Shown: positions 44,074 through 58,171 of the stretch, in pieces
How the letters are laid out: every line of letters begins with the position of its first letter
Position numbering within the stretch: the stretch's first letter is position 1
Source of the DNA: Amoebidium appalachense
Taxonomy: Eukaryota; Protista; Ichthyosporea
Length of the DNA stretch: 64,000 nt
Reading direction: 5' to 3'
Assembly (NCBI GenBank): GCA_963693365.1
Contig: CAVNZM010000007.1
Span: forward strand, 4,399,962 to 4,463,961
Translations under genes and position numbers: made by a program
The notes under the pieces: model-generated
Told to the model about the DNA's origin: nothing
Database searches by the model: none
The model's input: the letters and a program-made list of their open reading frames with translations, nothing else

Positions 44074-45156
44074 CTATTTACCATCGAGGAGGGTGCTGAG
44101 GGGACAACCCAGCATGTTTGTGGCCTCGCTGATGCTGATGGTGGCATAGGCCCGGCCTATCAGCGCAAAGGTGCGCTCCTGCTGGCTACCTGCTGCCACG
44201 GTCAGTGCCTTTAGAGGTAGTGTGCCCACACAGGAATGGCTGTTTCTTTTTCTTCGTTCAATAGAAAAGAAGGGGCCCGGAGGTTGATGTGGCACTCTAA
44301 TACACCTTACTTCCGTTGGGGAGAAAGGGGAGAAGGGGAGGGGGCGGAGGAAGGGGGGGAGGGGGGGGGGGGGGGGGGGGGGGCAGCTACTTGTCAGCTT
44401 TGCGGCCAGGGGCTGCAGGTCGGGGTGCAGCAGGGCCGGCAGGGCAGCAAGGGCCTGGTTTGTAGCTGCATAGTCTGCGGCCCACATACACGCCCCCACC
44501 TGCACAGCAAGTCAGCACGCCACCACAAGCGCTGTGGCCAAACAGGGCCCCACCCACCTGCCACACGGCTGCCAGGGCAGGGGTGGCTGCCTTCACACTG
44601 TCGGGTATGCGCTTCCACAGGAACCGGGCATAGTCCCTGCAAACCGGTCACTGACCTGCACACTCACTTCCAAGAAGGGAACGAAAGACTGGGTGTGTTG
44701 TGCTGTGCGTACACGGGAGAGGAGGGTGGGGAGAGTGGAGGGGGAGGGGGGGGGGGAGGACGGGGGGGGAGGGGGGGGGGAGGACGGGGGGGAGGGGGAG
44801 GGGAGAGGGGTGGAGGCACCCCTACAGCAGGTCCCTGCCTACACCTTTATGTGCAACAGGACAGTGGACCCTGCTCCCCCGTTTCGGGGGGGAGGGGGGA
44901 GGGGGGGGTCCTAGGACCCCCCTCTCTGTCTTTCCTCCAAGTAAAATAGTCCACAGGTTACCTCTTGTGCCCCAAAACAGGCCCTCCTGTTTGCACCTGC
45001 CGTCCTCCCTACTCTCTCCCAACCCGCCCCCCCACCCCCAACCCCCCCCCCCACCCCACCCCTTCCCCCACCCTCTCTTCCCTCCCCCCCTCACCCCCTC
45101 CCATGCACAAAAACATGAACATACAAACGCATGCACATACACACACACAGACACAT

Positions 45157-45199
<43 letters not shown>

Positions 45200-45662
45200 C
45201 ACACACACACACACAACCACAGCCCCGCCCTCCCTCCCTTCCCCCCTCCCCCTCACCCCCCCTTTTCCCCCCGCCACCCTCCCCTGGTCACGAGGTGCCG
45301 GGGCTTGGCCACCGCCACCAGCACGCCACCACGACCAGACCCTACACGGCCCTCCTTCAAGTGCTTGTGTGCACCAAGACCCCTCTGCCTGTGCCTGCAC
45401 CAAGCCCAAGCAAGGAGGCACCTACAGGTGGTTCTGGGTCAGGTAGGCCAGCAGCAGGGCCGTGTAGACGTCCCCCACAGCCACACACTTGGCCGACGTG
45501 GATTCCTGCCCCACCGTCTCAGCCTCCAGCCCCACCCCCCACCCCCCTCCCTCCCTCCCTTCAGGCACGCACCTCCAGCTCTATGCGCTCGCACTCACGC
45601 TGCACGGCCACCACGTCCAACACGGGTGCCTGCAGCAGTGCCTGCAGCGGCGCCAGAGTCAT
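43324..45662 (-). CDS. COPS8: COP9 signalosome subunit 8; 7 exons
   Basis: CERIELE, YTALLLAYL..N.LDYARFLWKRIP, AVWQVG..MW..DY, ERTFALIGRAYATIS, W..D and DQLRQLTDYVMHLEK*. Confidence 0.92.
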
Positions 45663-47118
45663 GCTGCTGGGGGAAGGGCCAGGGCTGTTTGTTTCGCTAT
45701 CTCCACCACTGTGGGCGCACTGTGCAAAGCAGGCAGGTGTGTGGGGTGAACTTTAGTAGGTTCACCATGTGTGCACACACAAACACTGGGCAGCACAACT
45801 GAAGTTTACGTGCCGGCTCTGCACTCTCAGGCAGCGCACAGAGGCTCTATCTAACACGTACTGACGTGTTGCCGCACGTGCGACGTTTAACATCTACTCA
45901 GGCGGCAAAAAAAAAAAAAAAAAAAAAAAAAAGAAAGGAGACACTCCCTCAGTAGGTGGTAGAGGCTCTATGTATGTTATCATTTTTCCCGCGCGCATTT
46001 TTCTGGATTGATGACGTCATCATAAGTCAGCTCCTCACCGTGTCTGCAGTACACAGTGTCTGTTGTCTGTGTATAGGTGTGTTGTTTGTCGGCCAGGCAT
46101 GCGCACTGCAAGGCCGACAGGTTTAGCACAGCCGACAGTACCAATATACATATGTTTAAGGTGTACTGAGTATGCTTTCAACGACACGCATGATGGGCAG
46201 CCCGTAACTTCAACTACCCGCGCCACCATCAGCATGCGCACTTGGTGCATCAATACCCCATGTCAATGATGTCTTCCCGCCTACCATCGCTATTGAGGCT
46301 CCCATCAGAAACTCGTCCCCCTCTCACACCCAAAAAAGATTTACACATAATAGCGTCCAACCACCAATGCAAACTGGCCCCCACGGTCGACGGCTTCCCC
46401 CCTCCCCCCTATCCCCCCCTCCCCCCCTCCCCCTCCCCTCCCCTCCCCCCCCCCCCCCCCCCCCCCCAACCCGACACACACCCTTTCCGCTATCTAGACT
46501 CCCCCGCCGGCGGGATACCTTCCCCTGGCCCTGCCTAATTCAGGCTAACTCTCACGTTATGAAGCGGACCTAGCGTGCGCTTCCTGGCCTTTTCCCCCCA
46601 GCCCCTGGCCATGGCCAGTCAAACTGACAGCGCCTACCCTCAGTCCTAGTCCTCGTCCCATTCTTCCCTTTGTATTTGGCGCTTAGACTAAATGGCTACG
46701 GTCACAGTCATCGCGTGCGCAGTGCGTGCTACATGGTGTGTGCATATGTAGTTGTCAAGGCACGGGCGCCCAAGAACGGTTGCGCCACACACAGAACGTT
46801 GGCCCTGGCTGTGTACCAGAAACCATGGATGTGGGCAGCCACAAGCATTTAGCATAGCTACGGCCGGCCAGTGCTTTGCAGCAAGGGATGGACTGCGGCT
46901 GCAGCCTGTACCTATGTGGTGAACCGGTTACCCTGGGTGTCAGGCTCAGGGGGTGCACCACGGCCTGGGTGCAAACTCAGCCCCTCAGAATCGTTGTTCG
47001 CACGTAGTCTGACGGTCACACCCCCTAGAGTGAATTTTAGCTGCTGATATGCGGTTCATGTGCCTGAAAAGGAAACTCATAAACTAGACAACCAATCAGA
47101 TATAGACACGGCATTCCA

Positions 47119-47153
47119 CCAATCAAATGCGAGATTGCATAAGCCATATATGG
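47119..47153 (+). promoter_or_regulatory. CCAAT + CArG (CCATATATGG) upstream of SURF4
   Basis: CCAAT 47119-23, CArG 47144-53. Confidence 0.4.
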
Positions 47154-47821
47154 TTGCAGGAAGGCTCTCACGCATATTATTGATATACGTCATAGCAAGT
47201 GCTTTTTGTTCCCTTTTCAGTTCTGAATGTCTTTTTTTGTAATTAAAAATAACGTAAACATGCTAGCCGTAGACGGAGCTTGCAAGGACACAGCGACAGT
47301 CGCGCACCATCAAGCAATATCCGAGCAACACCGAATTACTTCTGCCGGCGAGCTCCAACCATTGCGTAATAGTCACACGTATTCTTTGCCGGTATTTGGA
47401 TTGGTCGGCGGGAGCAAAGGTCCGCATATAAAATGCGACTGCAGAAACTCAGAGGGCACATGCACTCGTTCGCCTTGGCTGCAGATAAGTTGGCAAGTTA
47501 AAGTTTTGTGAGAAGTGTTGTGTCGCTGTGTCTCTTTTTCATATTGGATAGAGGTATTCTCATTTTCGCAAGCCTTCGAACCATAGAGCTACGTGTTGCA
47601 CGTGCCCACTCTTTGCAAAGTTGCGCGTTGATTTCGAGCACTCAGAGAAAGACACGACACGTTCGAGTTCTAGGGAAAGTCTACACACACGAAAGTAAGC
47701 AGTGTCCTACAGCTAGGCCTAGTATACGTAGATTGTTTCCACATCCGCTTGATTGAACTCTTCCGAACATTCACTTGCTAGCCCACCTTTCTACCACTGT
47801 ATCATCCAATCACTGTGAAAA

Positions 47822-48414
47822 ATGGCGGTTGCACCGGGGGCCAGTGATGTGCGCATCAGCCGCATGGTGGAGTCTGCAGAGGAGCAGGTGGAGGGGCTGT
47901 TCCGCACCACAAAGAAGTACGTGCCACACGTGGCCAGGCTGCTGCTGGTCGCCACATTCATCGACGACGGCATCCGCATGATCACATACTGGAACGAGCA
48001 GGTGCATATATAGTGTGTTAAAGTGCATGCTCACATACTGGAACGAGCAGGTGAACAATGTCATATATCTCTTGTGCCAAAAGGACATGCTCACATACTG
48101 GAACCATCAGGTGCATTTGCTGTGTGCTACGGTGCATAATTACATATTGGGATGGGCAGGTGCATATGTTCTGTCTCGAAGTGCATGCTCACATACTGGA
48201 ACCAGCAGGTGCATTTGCTGTGTGTTACGGTGCATAATTACATATTGGGATGGGCAGGTGCATATGTTCTGTATGTGCATGCATCCACGTGGGGGGGTGG
48301 AGCCTAGTCTTTAAGGCATGAGTTTATCGTTTTCAGGATAGCCACTTTCAACCTTTTTTATAGTGGGGGTAGTGGGAGGGGGGGCGGTGGGGAAGGAAGG
48401 GGAGAGGGGTTTAA

Positions 48415-48447
<33 letters not shown>

Positions 48448-48673
48448 GGGGGGGGAGCTTGACGAAAGGGATTTTTCAAGATCTAGCATCTAGTCTTCCC
48501 AATCCAACCCCACACAACTCGACCCAACCTTAGCCCCCCCTACCCCATTCTACCCTCCTCCACCCTCCCCCCCCCAAACACACCCCTCAACCGACCCCCT
48601 GCTCCCTCGGTACCGAATCAAACCTCCTGAAGCATTACATTCCCAGTGGCACAGCCCCTCTCCCCCTTCCCCT

Positions 48674-48714
<41 letters not shown>

Positions 48715-48887
48715 ACACACACACAAAAAAAAATCCCCTTTCCCCCACCATCCTTCCTTACACAAACCTGTGTGCAACCACTTCCATACTTGTTCCTTGC
48801 TGTGCAGTACCCTCCTTCCATGCTTTTGTGATCGTTACAAAGTGATACGGCCTGTTTTTTCACCTTCCCAACACTTAATTATTAAAG

Positions 48888-48922
<35 letters not shown>

Positions 48923-50786
48923 AGAAACATAACCCCCTGTAATACCATTATTGGCTGCAAGGTGCGGTGCAGTCGACACCTTGTGAGCGTGTTCTAACCG
49001 TGCTGTGTGGGTGCAGGTGGCGTTCTTCCGCACGATGTACCCGTATCCCGTGGTGGTGCTGATCCTTCTGGTCAACTGCCTGCTGCAGCTGGGCTGTGCG
49101 GCCATGGTGCTGGGCCGCAGATATTCGGACTATGCCGTCTACGGCCTGTTCTTCGTGCTGGTCTTCCAGGTGTGTGCAACAAGAAGGGGGGCTAGATCAC
49201 AAAGGTGGCTATGGGGGGTGTTTGGGGGATATGGGGGGTGAGAGGGTGGGGCAAGGGGGGAAGTGGGAGGGAGGGGGGGCAAGACCACAGAAGGTTTGTG
49301 TGAGCATGTGCAGGATACACTGAATATAGACCATAATCAGAGGGTGAGATCCGGGGAGGACAGTAACTCGGACTGGGTGTTGGTGAATGTGACTGCTAGT
49401 GTGGTTTAGAAATCTTTTGACTGCCAATACTTTAAGGAAATATGGGAGGTAATTTCAAGGCATTGTGCCAACTAAGTGGCTCTCAAAGTGGATTGTAGAA
49501 AGTGAAGAGAAGGCTCCCAAAGGATGGTAGAAATCATAAAGGGTTACTGCCAAGGTGTTTTGAAGTCATACCCCTTGCACCATGCACATCCGCCTAAGGC
49601 AATACCCACATGGCACGGGGCTGACACTGTGGGGTTAGACGGTGCTGTACAGCCTGCTGTGGTCGGCCAACTTCATGGCGCGCAACCTGGCGCTGATGGG
49701 ATCCCTGGTGCTGCTGATGGCTGACTCACGCACCAGCGGCAGGAGGGACTATGCCGGGGTGCCCTCTATGGGCAACGAGGTGCGTGCCTGCACACAGGCA
49801 TGGGGGCTCAATATGGCATGCTGCCTGCTTGGTGTGTGCCTGTGTTTTTAGCTGCTTTGGGGCCTTGATGTTTGGTTGATCTTTGTCTATATCTGTGGCA
49901 TGGTGCCATTTGGAACCCTTTGGCATGGTGTGTGTGAGTGTGCCGGCATGACCCCTAATGTGTGCCCATGAGAATTGTGTTCCAATGGGTGTGTGTGCGC
50001 AGGCTAGAGAGTATATTGTGCTGCCGTGAGCTGGACGGCGTGTATCTGGGGCCATCTGCTTGTGTGCCCTTCGAGGCAGGGGGGTTTGGCACAGTGCCCA
50101 GCCAATGCACATCTAGACGTGCATGCAGGGTTCGAACATGTGGGTTTGTATGTTGAGTGTGGCGCGTGCTGACTGGTGTTGCAGGACCACGTCAAGGCCT
50201 ACATGCAGCTGGCCGGGCGGCTTCTTCTTCTACTGATGTTCTTCACCCTGGTGCACCCCAACATGTCGGCCATGCGCTGGGCCGTGACCGTGCTGGACTT
50301 CTGCCTCATGCTGGCCGTGGCCGTGGGCTACAAGGCTAAGCTGGCCTCCTTTGCCCTGGTGCGTGGCCCCTGCAATTGGGGGGGGGGGGGGAGGGGGGGG
50401 GGGGGGGGGGGAAGGAGGGGAGGGAGGGAAGGGGGGGGGAGGGGGGGTGCCCTGGTGTGTGCTCCCTCCAATGGGAGAGGGGGGGGGGGAAAGAGGGGTG
50501 GGGGGGGGGGGGGGGGGGGGGGCGGGGTTGCCCTGGTGCGTGCCGCCTGCAAAAGGGGGGAAGGGAGAGAGGGAGGGAGGGGTGCTGATATCGGCTTTGT
50601 GTGCAGGTGGTGGTGCTGTTTGGGTTCAACTTTGTAATGAACAACTTCTGGGCCGTGCCGTCGTGGCAGTACGACTTTGTCAAGTACGACTTCTTCCAGA
50701 CCCTCAGCGTCATTGGCGGCCTGCTGATGGTCGTCTCCCTGGGTGCAGGCGATCTGAGCATCGACGAGCGGAAAAAGAACTACTAG
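47822..50786 (+). CDS. SURF4: Surfeit locus protein 4 / Erv29 ER cargo receptor; 5 exons, 275 aa
   Basis: Exons 47822-48001, 49017-49169, 49639-49779, 50185-50358 and 50607-50786. Motifs KYVPHVARLLLVATFIDDGIRM..WNEQ, RNLALMG and DFVKYDFFQTLSVIGGLL; C-terminal di-lysine KKNY. Confidence 0.95.
47978..48285 (+). repeat. About 49-bp tandem repeat x6 copying the SURF4 exon-1 end and donor site
   Basis: atg(a/c)tcacatactggaacgagcag|gtgcat repeated into intron 1. Confidence 0.9.
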
Positions 50787-53700
50787 TGTATCCGTTATAT
50801 ACTATAAAAATAAACCACTAGTGTGGTCGCAATAGGCATTCTAAAAGGGAACCACTAGTGTGTCTGCACAAGAACTAACATGAAAAGAACTACTAGAGTA
50901 AGAGCAACAACTAATAGGGGGTGGTAAGTGAAGGGGAGAAAACATGGGTGACGTAAAATTTTCTGTCATTTGATTGATTAACGCGTGCCAAAATCTTTAG
51001 ATGCAAATTTTGGAGGAAGACTTCAGTGCCCACACGCTGCGGCCCTAGAGTCATGTGTCAGTGAGGCACTTCGATAAGAACAAAACTTTGCGGGTTCAAA
51101 GTTTTTTCTTTCTCATCTCGTTTTGTCAGCCCCTGCTGTGCAGGTGGCGCTTGCCGGCAGCTTTGTAAGCACGGCCGCATTACACAGTTGCAGTGCTGAT
51201 CATGCTCAGGCCCCTTCCAGCATAACCCCATCACTGCTTACCACTGTCCCTCCATGCCCTACCTGCCCCTTACCCACACCATCCAGTTATCCCTGTGCCT
51301 GCATCAAGTCAGACATACACAAAGCCACTAGCAGCACTGCCACACGCACGTGCACCCATCTGCACTGCACAAACACAACCGGCCAAGACACACACAAACG
51401 CACAAACCCCTCAATGTGTACAGACAAACACAACACCCGGGAGTGCAGGCAACTTTTTCACGTGAGTGTTACCTCTTCTTCTTCTTATTATCAATATAAT
51501 TTCTCACTCCTTTACCGCCGTCTGGCTGGGAGCGGTGAGGGGGGGGGGGGGGGGGGGGGGTGGGGGGGAGGGCGGAATGGGAAAAGAAGGGGGGAGAAAG
51601 GGGGAGCTCGAGAGGGGGAGGGACGGGGAGGGGCGTCTGCCCCCCTCGAGACGACGTGTGTGTGGGTGTGGGTGTGTGTGTGTGTGTGTGTACGTATGGG
51701 GGGGGTGGGGGGGGGGGCAGTTCGAGGATAGGAAGCCTTAAGAATGTGTGGCTGAAGGACCCATCCTTTCCGTGTTTGCAGGTCGTTAGGCAGCTATGGG
51801 CCACGTGCATGACCAGCATGTGCCGTGATGGTTTAGCTGGGTGGCCTGCGCCTGCATTGCAGTCTCGTGGGCCTGTACGGAGGATCACAGCACACTTACA
51901 AGCCACCCGCCAGTGTTATCATTATGAGAATTTGCAACCAGCATGCATCTACCCGGCACAACCGGTTGTGTACGGTTGGACCAGGGGCACATGAGCCATC
52001 AGAGGCACTTTCTATTGCTGGGTGTCTGCCCGGTATGCTGTGCAGCCGCTCCCACACAGCACCATACACATGTGGCCATCACTGGCCTTGTAGGTGGCCA
52101 GCCACCACTAGGCAGCGGTAAACTTCAAGTGGAAATGCTATAGGCAGGACGTAAAGTAGCGGCATCATGCATATGCATGGGTTAGATATCAGTTTCAAAC
52201 AGGTAATTACATACCTGGGCGTAGCAAAGGGAAATGCTGATAGATTGAGCACCAAACAGTGACCAGGGTAGGCATGCATGGCATGGCCCAGCGTGAGTGG
52301 TGCATGGTCCGTGCCCCAGCACACAAACCTGCACACTGCCACAAAACAGCTTGCCCGGCCCTGGTTTGACCGACCCAACCAACCCAAACAACCAGCTTGA
52401 TATGTGTGGGTTCTCGGCATGTGAGCCACCGCCATACAGCCATCAGTGCTTGCATGGACACACAGTGGGCCGTGGCTGGCCCTGGCACTCAGGGCCTTGC
52501 ATGGCCGTTGCCACTATGGTAGGCTGCTTGTAGCCCACCTAATCCAGAGCTGCTGGCCCCCAACCGTCGCCCAATACAAACACCAGGCACCACCCTACAC
52601 CCCCAGGCACGCAGCACCACCCTACCCGGCGTGCACACATGGGGCCCCAGTCTCCCCCCTCTCCCCCCCCCCACAAACACACACACAACAAAAAAAAAAA
52701 AGACAAGTTGAAGGGGAAAAAAAACCACACAACACATACACAAACAGCGTTCTACCACCGACCACATGCATGCAAGCATCACACACAGGCACACCCCAAA
52801 GGGAGAATGGGTACATTCAAGTGACGTTTACACTAACATTTCCTACTACGGCCTATCTACCACAAGCAAATTTACGTACACTACTTCTTCTTCGTCTACC
52901 TACCATTAAGAACTCACAGTAACCTACCCCCACGTGCACATGCCCCACCACCCTACATACAGTTACACCCCCATGTCCTTGGCAGTGGTTGCAGAGATGA
53001 GGCTTTGAAGTCTGCAGGGCGCAGATCAATGATTGGTCTATGTGACTGAACGGCTTAGGAAGAACATGCAAGCTCAGTCTTAGTCCTATTGTGCCCCCTG
53101 ATCCATATATCGTTGTTTCTATGCCATTGGTCGGTCTTCAAGAGTATCAGCTCTAACAAGCATATATACAACACGGTGCACCAAACGGATTTAGTCCCCC
53201 CCCCCCCCCTTCATCTCAGAAGTTGTCAGGTCCCCATGTGGAGCGCATAGTCTCAATCAGACATGTGCACTGTGCCGTGGGCACACACTTTCATGCAGAT
53301 TGTCACATACAAGCGCACACACAAACATACAAATGCACAGGCACGCCTGCATGCCCACTTACCCCCGCACCCACCCAACCCCCACCCCCCCCACCTCCCA
53401 GCCACCCCAGCACCCAACCCACCCATCCATCCCCCCCCCCCCCAGCCACCCCACATGTACAACCCCTCTCCCCCCCCCCCCCACCCCCCCCCAATCCCCC
53501 TCCCCTCCCCTCCCTTAGCCCCCCTCCGCACACCCACTCACCCACCCCCCACCTTCCCCCCCCCGCCTCCCTCTACCCGCCTCCCATCCCCCCCCCCCCC
53601 CCCCCCCCCACCCACCCACCCACAGATGCACAGGGTAATCTGCATCAGGGCATCGGTCTGCCAAACAAGTGCATGGCGTGGTGGCCACATCTCTATTCGT

Positions 53701-54156
53701 CATGCATTCAGGCCTACTACCACCTGACACTCATCCAGGGACCTGCCCAGACAACTCACCCTTACATTGATTGACCTTCACTATCGCTATGGGCGCTTAT
53801 CAGGGTAAATCACTACTCACCATTATTCAGATCACAATGCAAGAAAACCAGCCAATAGGAGCAGGTTAAAAATTAGTAGTTAACCAATCATACGTACTAT
53901 CAGCACCGTCTCTCCCAGGTGGCAAGATCATCTGACCCAACAAACAGACAGTCTGCCATGCGGCCCACTGACCATGCTGCCTGCCCATGCTTGCTGCTGC
54001 CCCTCCAACCATCTACAGATGCATGCTGCCACCATTCCCCGACAGGCCAGACAGCCCCTGTGGCTCCAGACCACCTGCCCACTGCACCCTCCCATCCCAA
54101 CCATGCAGGCCCTGCTAGTGCCACCCCAGTCATGCCTAGCCTGCCATGCAGCCAGC

Positions 54157-54885
54157 CTATCCCCGTGTCTTTCTTCTTGGTGTTGTAGGTGGCTGCTCCT
54201 CCCAGGCCGTGGCTTTGCGCTTCTCTGTTTGTTGTTGCTGGGGGTTAGAATTTGGGTCAGGGCCGGGCGCAGCTGCCAGCCTGTGCTCGAATCGCTTGAG
54301 GTCCCCAGTGAACAGCACCTGCTCCTATGTCAGTACCTCCCTCACTCCCCCCCTCCCCCCCCCCCCCCCCTCCTCCTCCCTCCGGCGGGGCACGTACGGT
54401 CTGTGCCCAGCCGGCATATGGGCCGTAGCGGCTTCGGTAGAAGGCAGCCACCTCGGCATGCAGGGCCGGGGTCAAGGTGCGGGTGCGCAGGCAGGGCATG
54501 TGAGCCTGGGCCAGGCGCCACATGTGCACGTCCACAGGCACCGCCCCGTGCTGGCCCAGCGCCATCAGGCACACACAGTCGGCAACCTTGGGCCCCACCT
54601 GCTCACAAGTCTCCATCAGAGCACACACCCTTCCCCTCCCCCCCCCCCTCCCCATGCCCTGCATACCCCCGGCAGGGCCATCAGCTCTGTGCGTGCCGTG
54701 TCGTAGTCTACATTGCGTAGCCCCGCCAGCCACTGGGCCACGGCCTGGCCACTGCCGTGGGCAGCAAGCAGCTGGCGGGCAGTGCCGGCCACATACTTGG
54801 CCCGGTAGCCAAAGCCCAGCCCCCGCAGCACCTGCATGTGCACTCAGTCCCACCTTGCAGCCCCACGGCCACGTGCACTTGCACA

Positions 54886-54961
<76 letters not shown>

Positions 54962-57839
54962 CACACACACACCAGCGAACTCCCTCTCGTGCATGTCTGC
55001 AACCGTGCACGCACAACCCCCATGCACGCACAATTATGCACCTCTGCACTCAGCACACGCAAACACCAGCATAAACTGACACCTGTACAATTCACGATGC
55101 ACACCCATCCATGTGCACCTATGCACAAACAGACACACACATGCATACGCACACGCCACATGCACACATACACGCACACACATATCACACATGCACACAA
55201 AAACTTGGGCATGTACTGCAGTAACACATGCACACACGAGCTTACACGTGCATGTGCAAGCAGATATGCACACATCTGCACTTGCATGCACACGTACATT
55301 CGGCACTCATGCACATACACACACACGTGATGGCACGAACCAAGCAGGCTGCAGTCAGCATGCACTGAGGACAGCCACATGGCCCACTGCCGTGCCTGTT
55401 TGCTTTATTGTCACACACCAAGGGCCCAGCCAGTGAGGTCTCGGCAAAAACACTGCCCGTATGCTCGTCTGGTGGGCTACACACGCACAAAATGGCACCC
55501 TCATAGCTATGGTTGCACACCCACACATGCACACACATGCACACGCACACACACACATGCACAACCACACATGCACACACACACATGCACAACCATACAT
55601 GCACACCCACACATGCACACGCACACACGTGCACACGCACCTCCTCGGTGCCCGGCCCAGCCATTGCCTCCCAGTCCGGAAAGCAGTACATGGCATGGCC
55701 CTCAGGCCCAGCCACCTGCCGCCCAAAGCGCTGCTTCAGCGCCCCCACCTGCCCGACCCTGTCAGCCCCTGCAAGTGGTACCCTGCCTGCAGCTGGGCTG
55801 GGGGCCAGACATGTGTGGCCCTGCTGGTGCGCCCACACACATCCAGCCAACACACACATCCAGCCAACACACACACGCAGCCAACACATTCCAGCCAACA
55901 CACACACGCAGCCAACACACACGCAACCAACACACACACACAACCAACACACACATACACGCAGCCAACACACACATAACCAGAGCCAACACACACACAC
56001 CCAGCCAACACACACACACACCCAGCCAACACACACACACACGCAGCCAACACACACATACCCAGCCAACACACACATACCCAGCCAACACACACACCCA
56101 GCCAACACCGGCAGGTGGTTGCACAGTTAGCAAGGAGGGACACCAGAGACCAAGAAGTCATTTTGATGTGTGTGTGTGCTGGGGGTTGCACGCACCATGG
56201 CCGTGATGCGTGCTATGTTGTTGTTTGACGAGCAGATGAACCCCACCAGCGTCTCCGACGGGTCCTGTGTCTCCCGTCAATCCCTCCCCCTGCCCCTCCC
56301 TCTCCTCCCACCCCCCTGCCTACCTGGCAGAGGATGCGCAGGCCCGGCAGTCGGACCACCAGTGCCTGTATGGTGCTGCAGCACACGTCAGCCATGTATC
56401 CCCGCCCCCTCCCCCCCCTCCCACACACGCCATGGTACTAGCGTGCACGTGTTTCTTCCTGTGTATGCTATGTGGCTGGGTCGAGACAAAACCCGAGAGA
56501 GTGAAGTGGGTTAGTATGTACATTACGTGTGTGCCTGTTCGTGTGTGCATGTCGGCACTCAGCACCCCCTAATGCTGACCTGCCCGCCTTTTGGCCCCCC
56601 ACACACAACCGTGCACGTTCATCAGAACCTAACAGCCAACACCAGAGGCTATCACATTCGCTGGCTCGTGTGACGCGTGTACGTGTTGTGTGCTGTGCGT
56701 GCCACCATACATTACTAATACCTTGGCGGACCCACAAATGCCAGTGAACCAGCGTTCTGTCCGTGTGTGCTTGCAAGCTTGTCAAAAAGCACAACTACCA
56801 TTGCCTCCCCTCCCCTCCCCCCCCCTCCCCCCCCCCCCCCAGAGGGAAAAAAAAAAACAAAAAACACCACTACCACGACAAGCACACAGGCTTCCCAATA
56901 TCCATGTATGCTCTTTGTGACAAAACAGAGATGGGCGTGGGTGCAAGTTCATTACATAGGGCCTATGAGTACAGTTCCACTCTCTTTTCACTCGATCCCC
57001 CCCCCCCCCCCCCCCCCTCCCCCCCGTGTGCTCGTGTCTGCGCCAATGCCAATACTCACATAGTCTATCTGTGTTCCCATATGTCCAAGTGAATATGCAT
57101 GTAAGTGTATTCAAGATGTGACTACTCGAAGGTCTCTCTCTCACTCTCACTCTCCCCCCCCCCCCCCCCCTCCCTCCCCCGCCCCCCCTCTTACTCTCTC
57201 TTGTCTACCTCACTAACACACTCTCCTCACTCTTTCCCAAACACACGCAAAGCTACACACGCACACAAGCACACACACACAACACACTCACTCACTCACT
57301 CACTCACTCACACACAAACCCACATCCACACCACACACACTATACCCCCCCCCCCCCCCCCCCCCTCCTGCCCCTCTCTTTCTCTCCACTCCCCTCTCCC
57401 CCCAAGCCTTCTCTCGCCCTTTCACACCTCTCTCTGCTTTCCACGTGCATTTGCGTGCACACATTCGTGTGTCTTATGTGCGGCAGTGCCCAAGTGTATG
57501 TTGTATGTGCGAGTGTGCCTGTGTGCACCCACCTGTCTTTCAGTGCCCACTGGCCGACCAGGTCCTTTAACTGCACGTGCAGCTGGAAGTATGCCCTCAG
57601 CACCTCCACATAGCCCTCACACTCCTCGGCCCCAGCCTCCCCCCACAGCCGAAACAGCACCTCGTCCTCTGCAACCCTTCAAGTCAGCCCCCTTCGCTGT
57701 GCCCCCCCCCCCCCCCCTTCCCCTCCCCGCCCTCGGCTCCCCCATCCCCCCAAACACACACCTCCACCCAGCAACCTCACGTCTCGCCCTCCTGCCCCCT
57801 CCCACACACACACACACACACACACGCACAGACACACAG

Positions 57840-57871
<32 letters not shown>

Positions 57872-58171
57872 ACGCACATGCACACACGTACGCACGCACA
57901 TGCGCATGCCCACACACAAACACGCACGCGCACGCACAAACACCTGTCTGGCGCAGTGTTACAGCCCGTCCAGCCAGCACGTTTGTCCTGCAGCCCCCCC
58001 CGTCAGCGCTGCAGGCTAAGCCCAGGGGTGTGTGTTCTGCACGCACCACTGGTGCTGTGCCGTGGCCACCCACGTGAAGCTCTGCCCGCACTGCAGCAGC
58101 GCGTCCAGCCGCAGCTCGCCAGGGCCCACCCCCAGCCCCCGCCACAGGCCGGGCCCGTCGGCCTGGGCCAT
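54157..58171 (-). CDS. OGG1: 8-oxoguanine DNA glycosylase/AP lyase; 9 exons
   Basis: ELRLDALLQCGQSFTW, GLRILCQDP.E.LVGFICSSNNNIARI..M, GFGYRAKY, HhH-GPD LPGVGPKVADCVCLMAL..VPVDVH and GPYAGWAQTVLF; all junctions in phase. Confidence 0.95.
55845..56108. repeat. Degenerate cagccaac(ac)n minisatellite in OGG1 intron
   Basis: About 13 copies of cagccaacacacac. Confidence 0.85.

Noticed and set aside
46700-47060. RNase P/MRP or other structured ncRNA
   Set aside because: Some hairpins are present, but none of the conserved P4/CR motifs were found.
50915-51134. hAT-like MITE (TAGGGG...CCCCTG ends)
   Set aside because: TIR match is weak (about 9/13) and there is no 8-bp target-site duplication.
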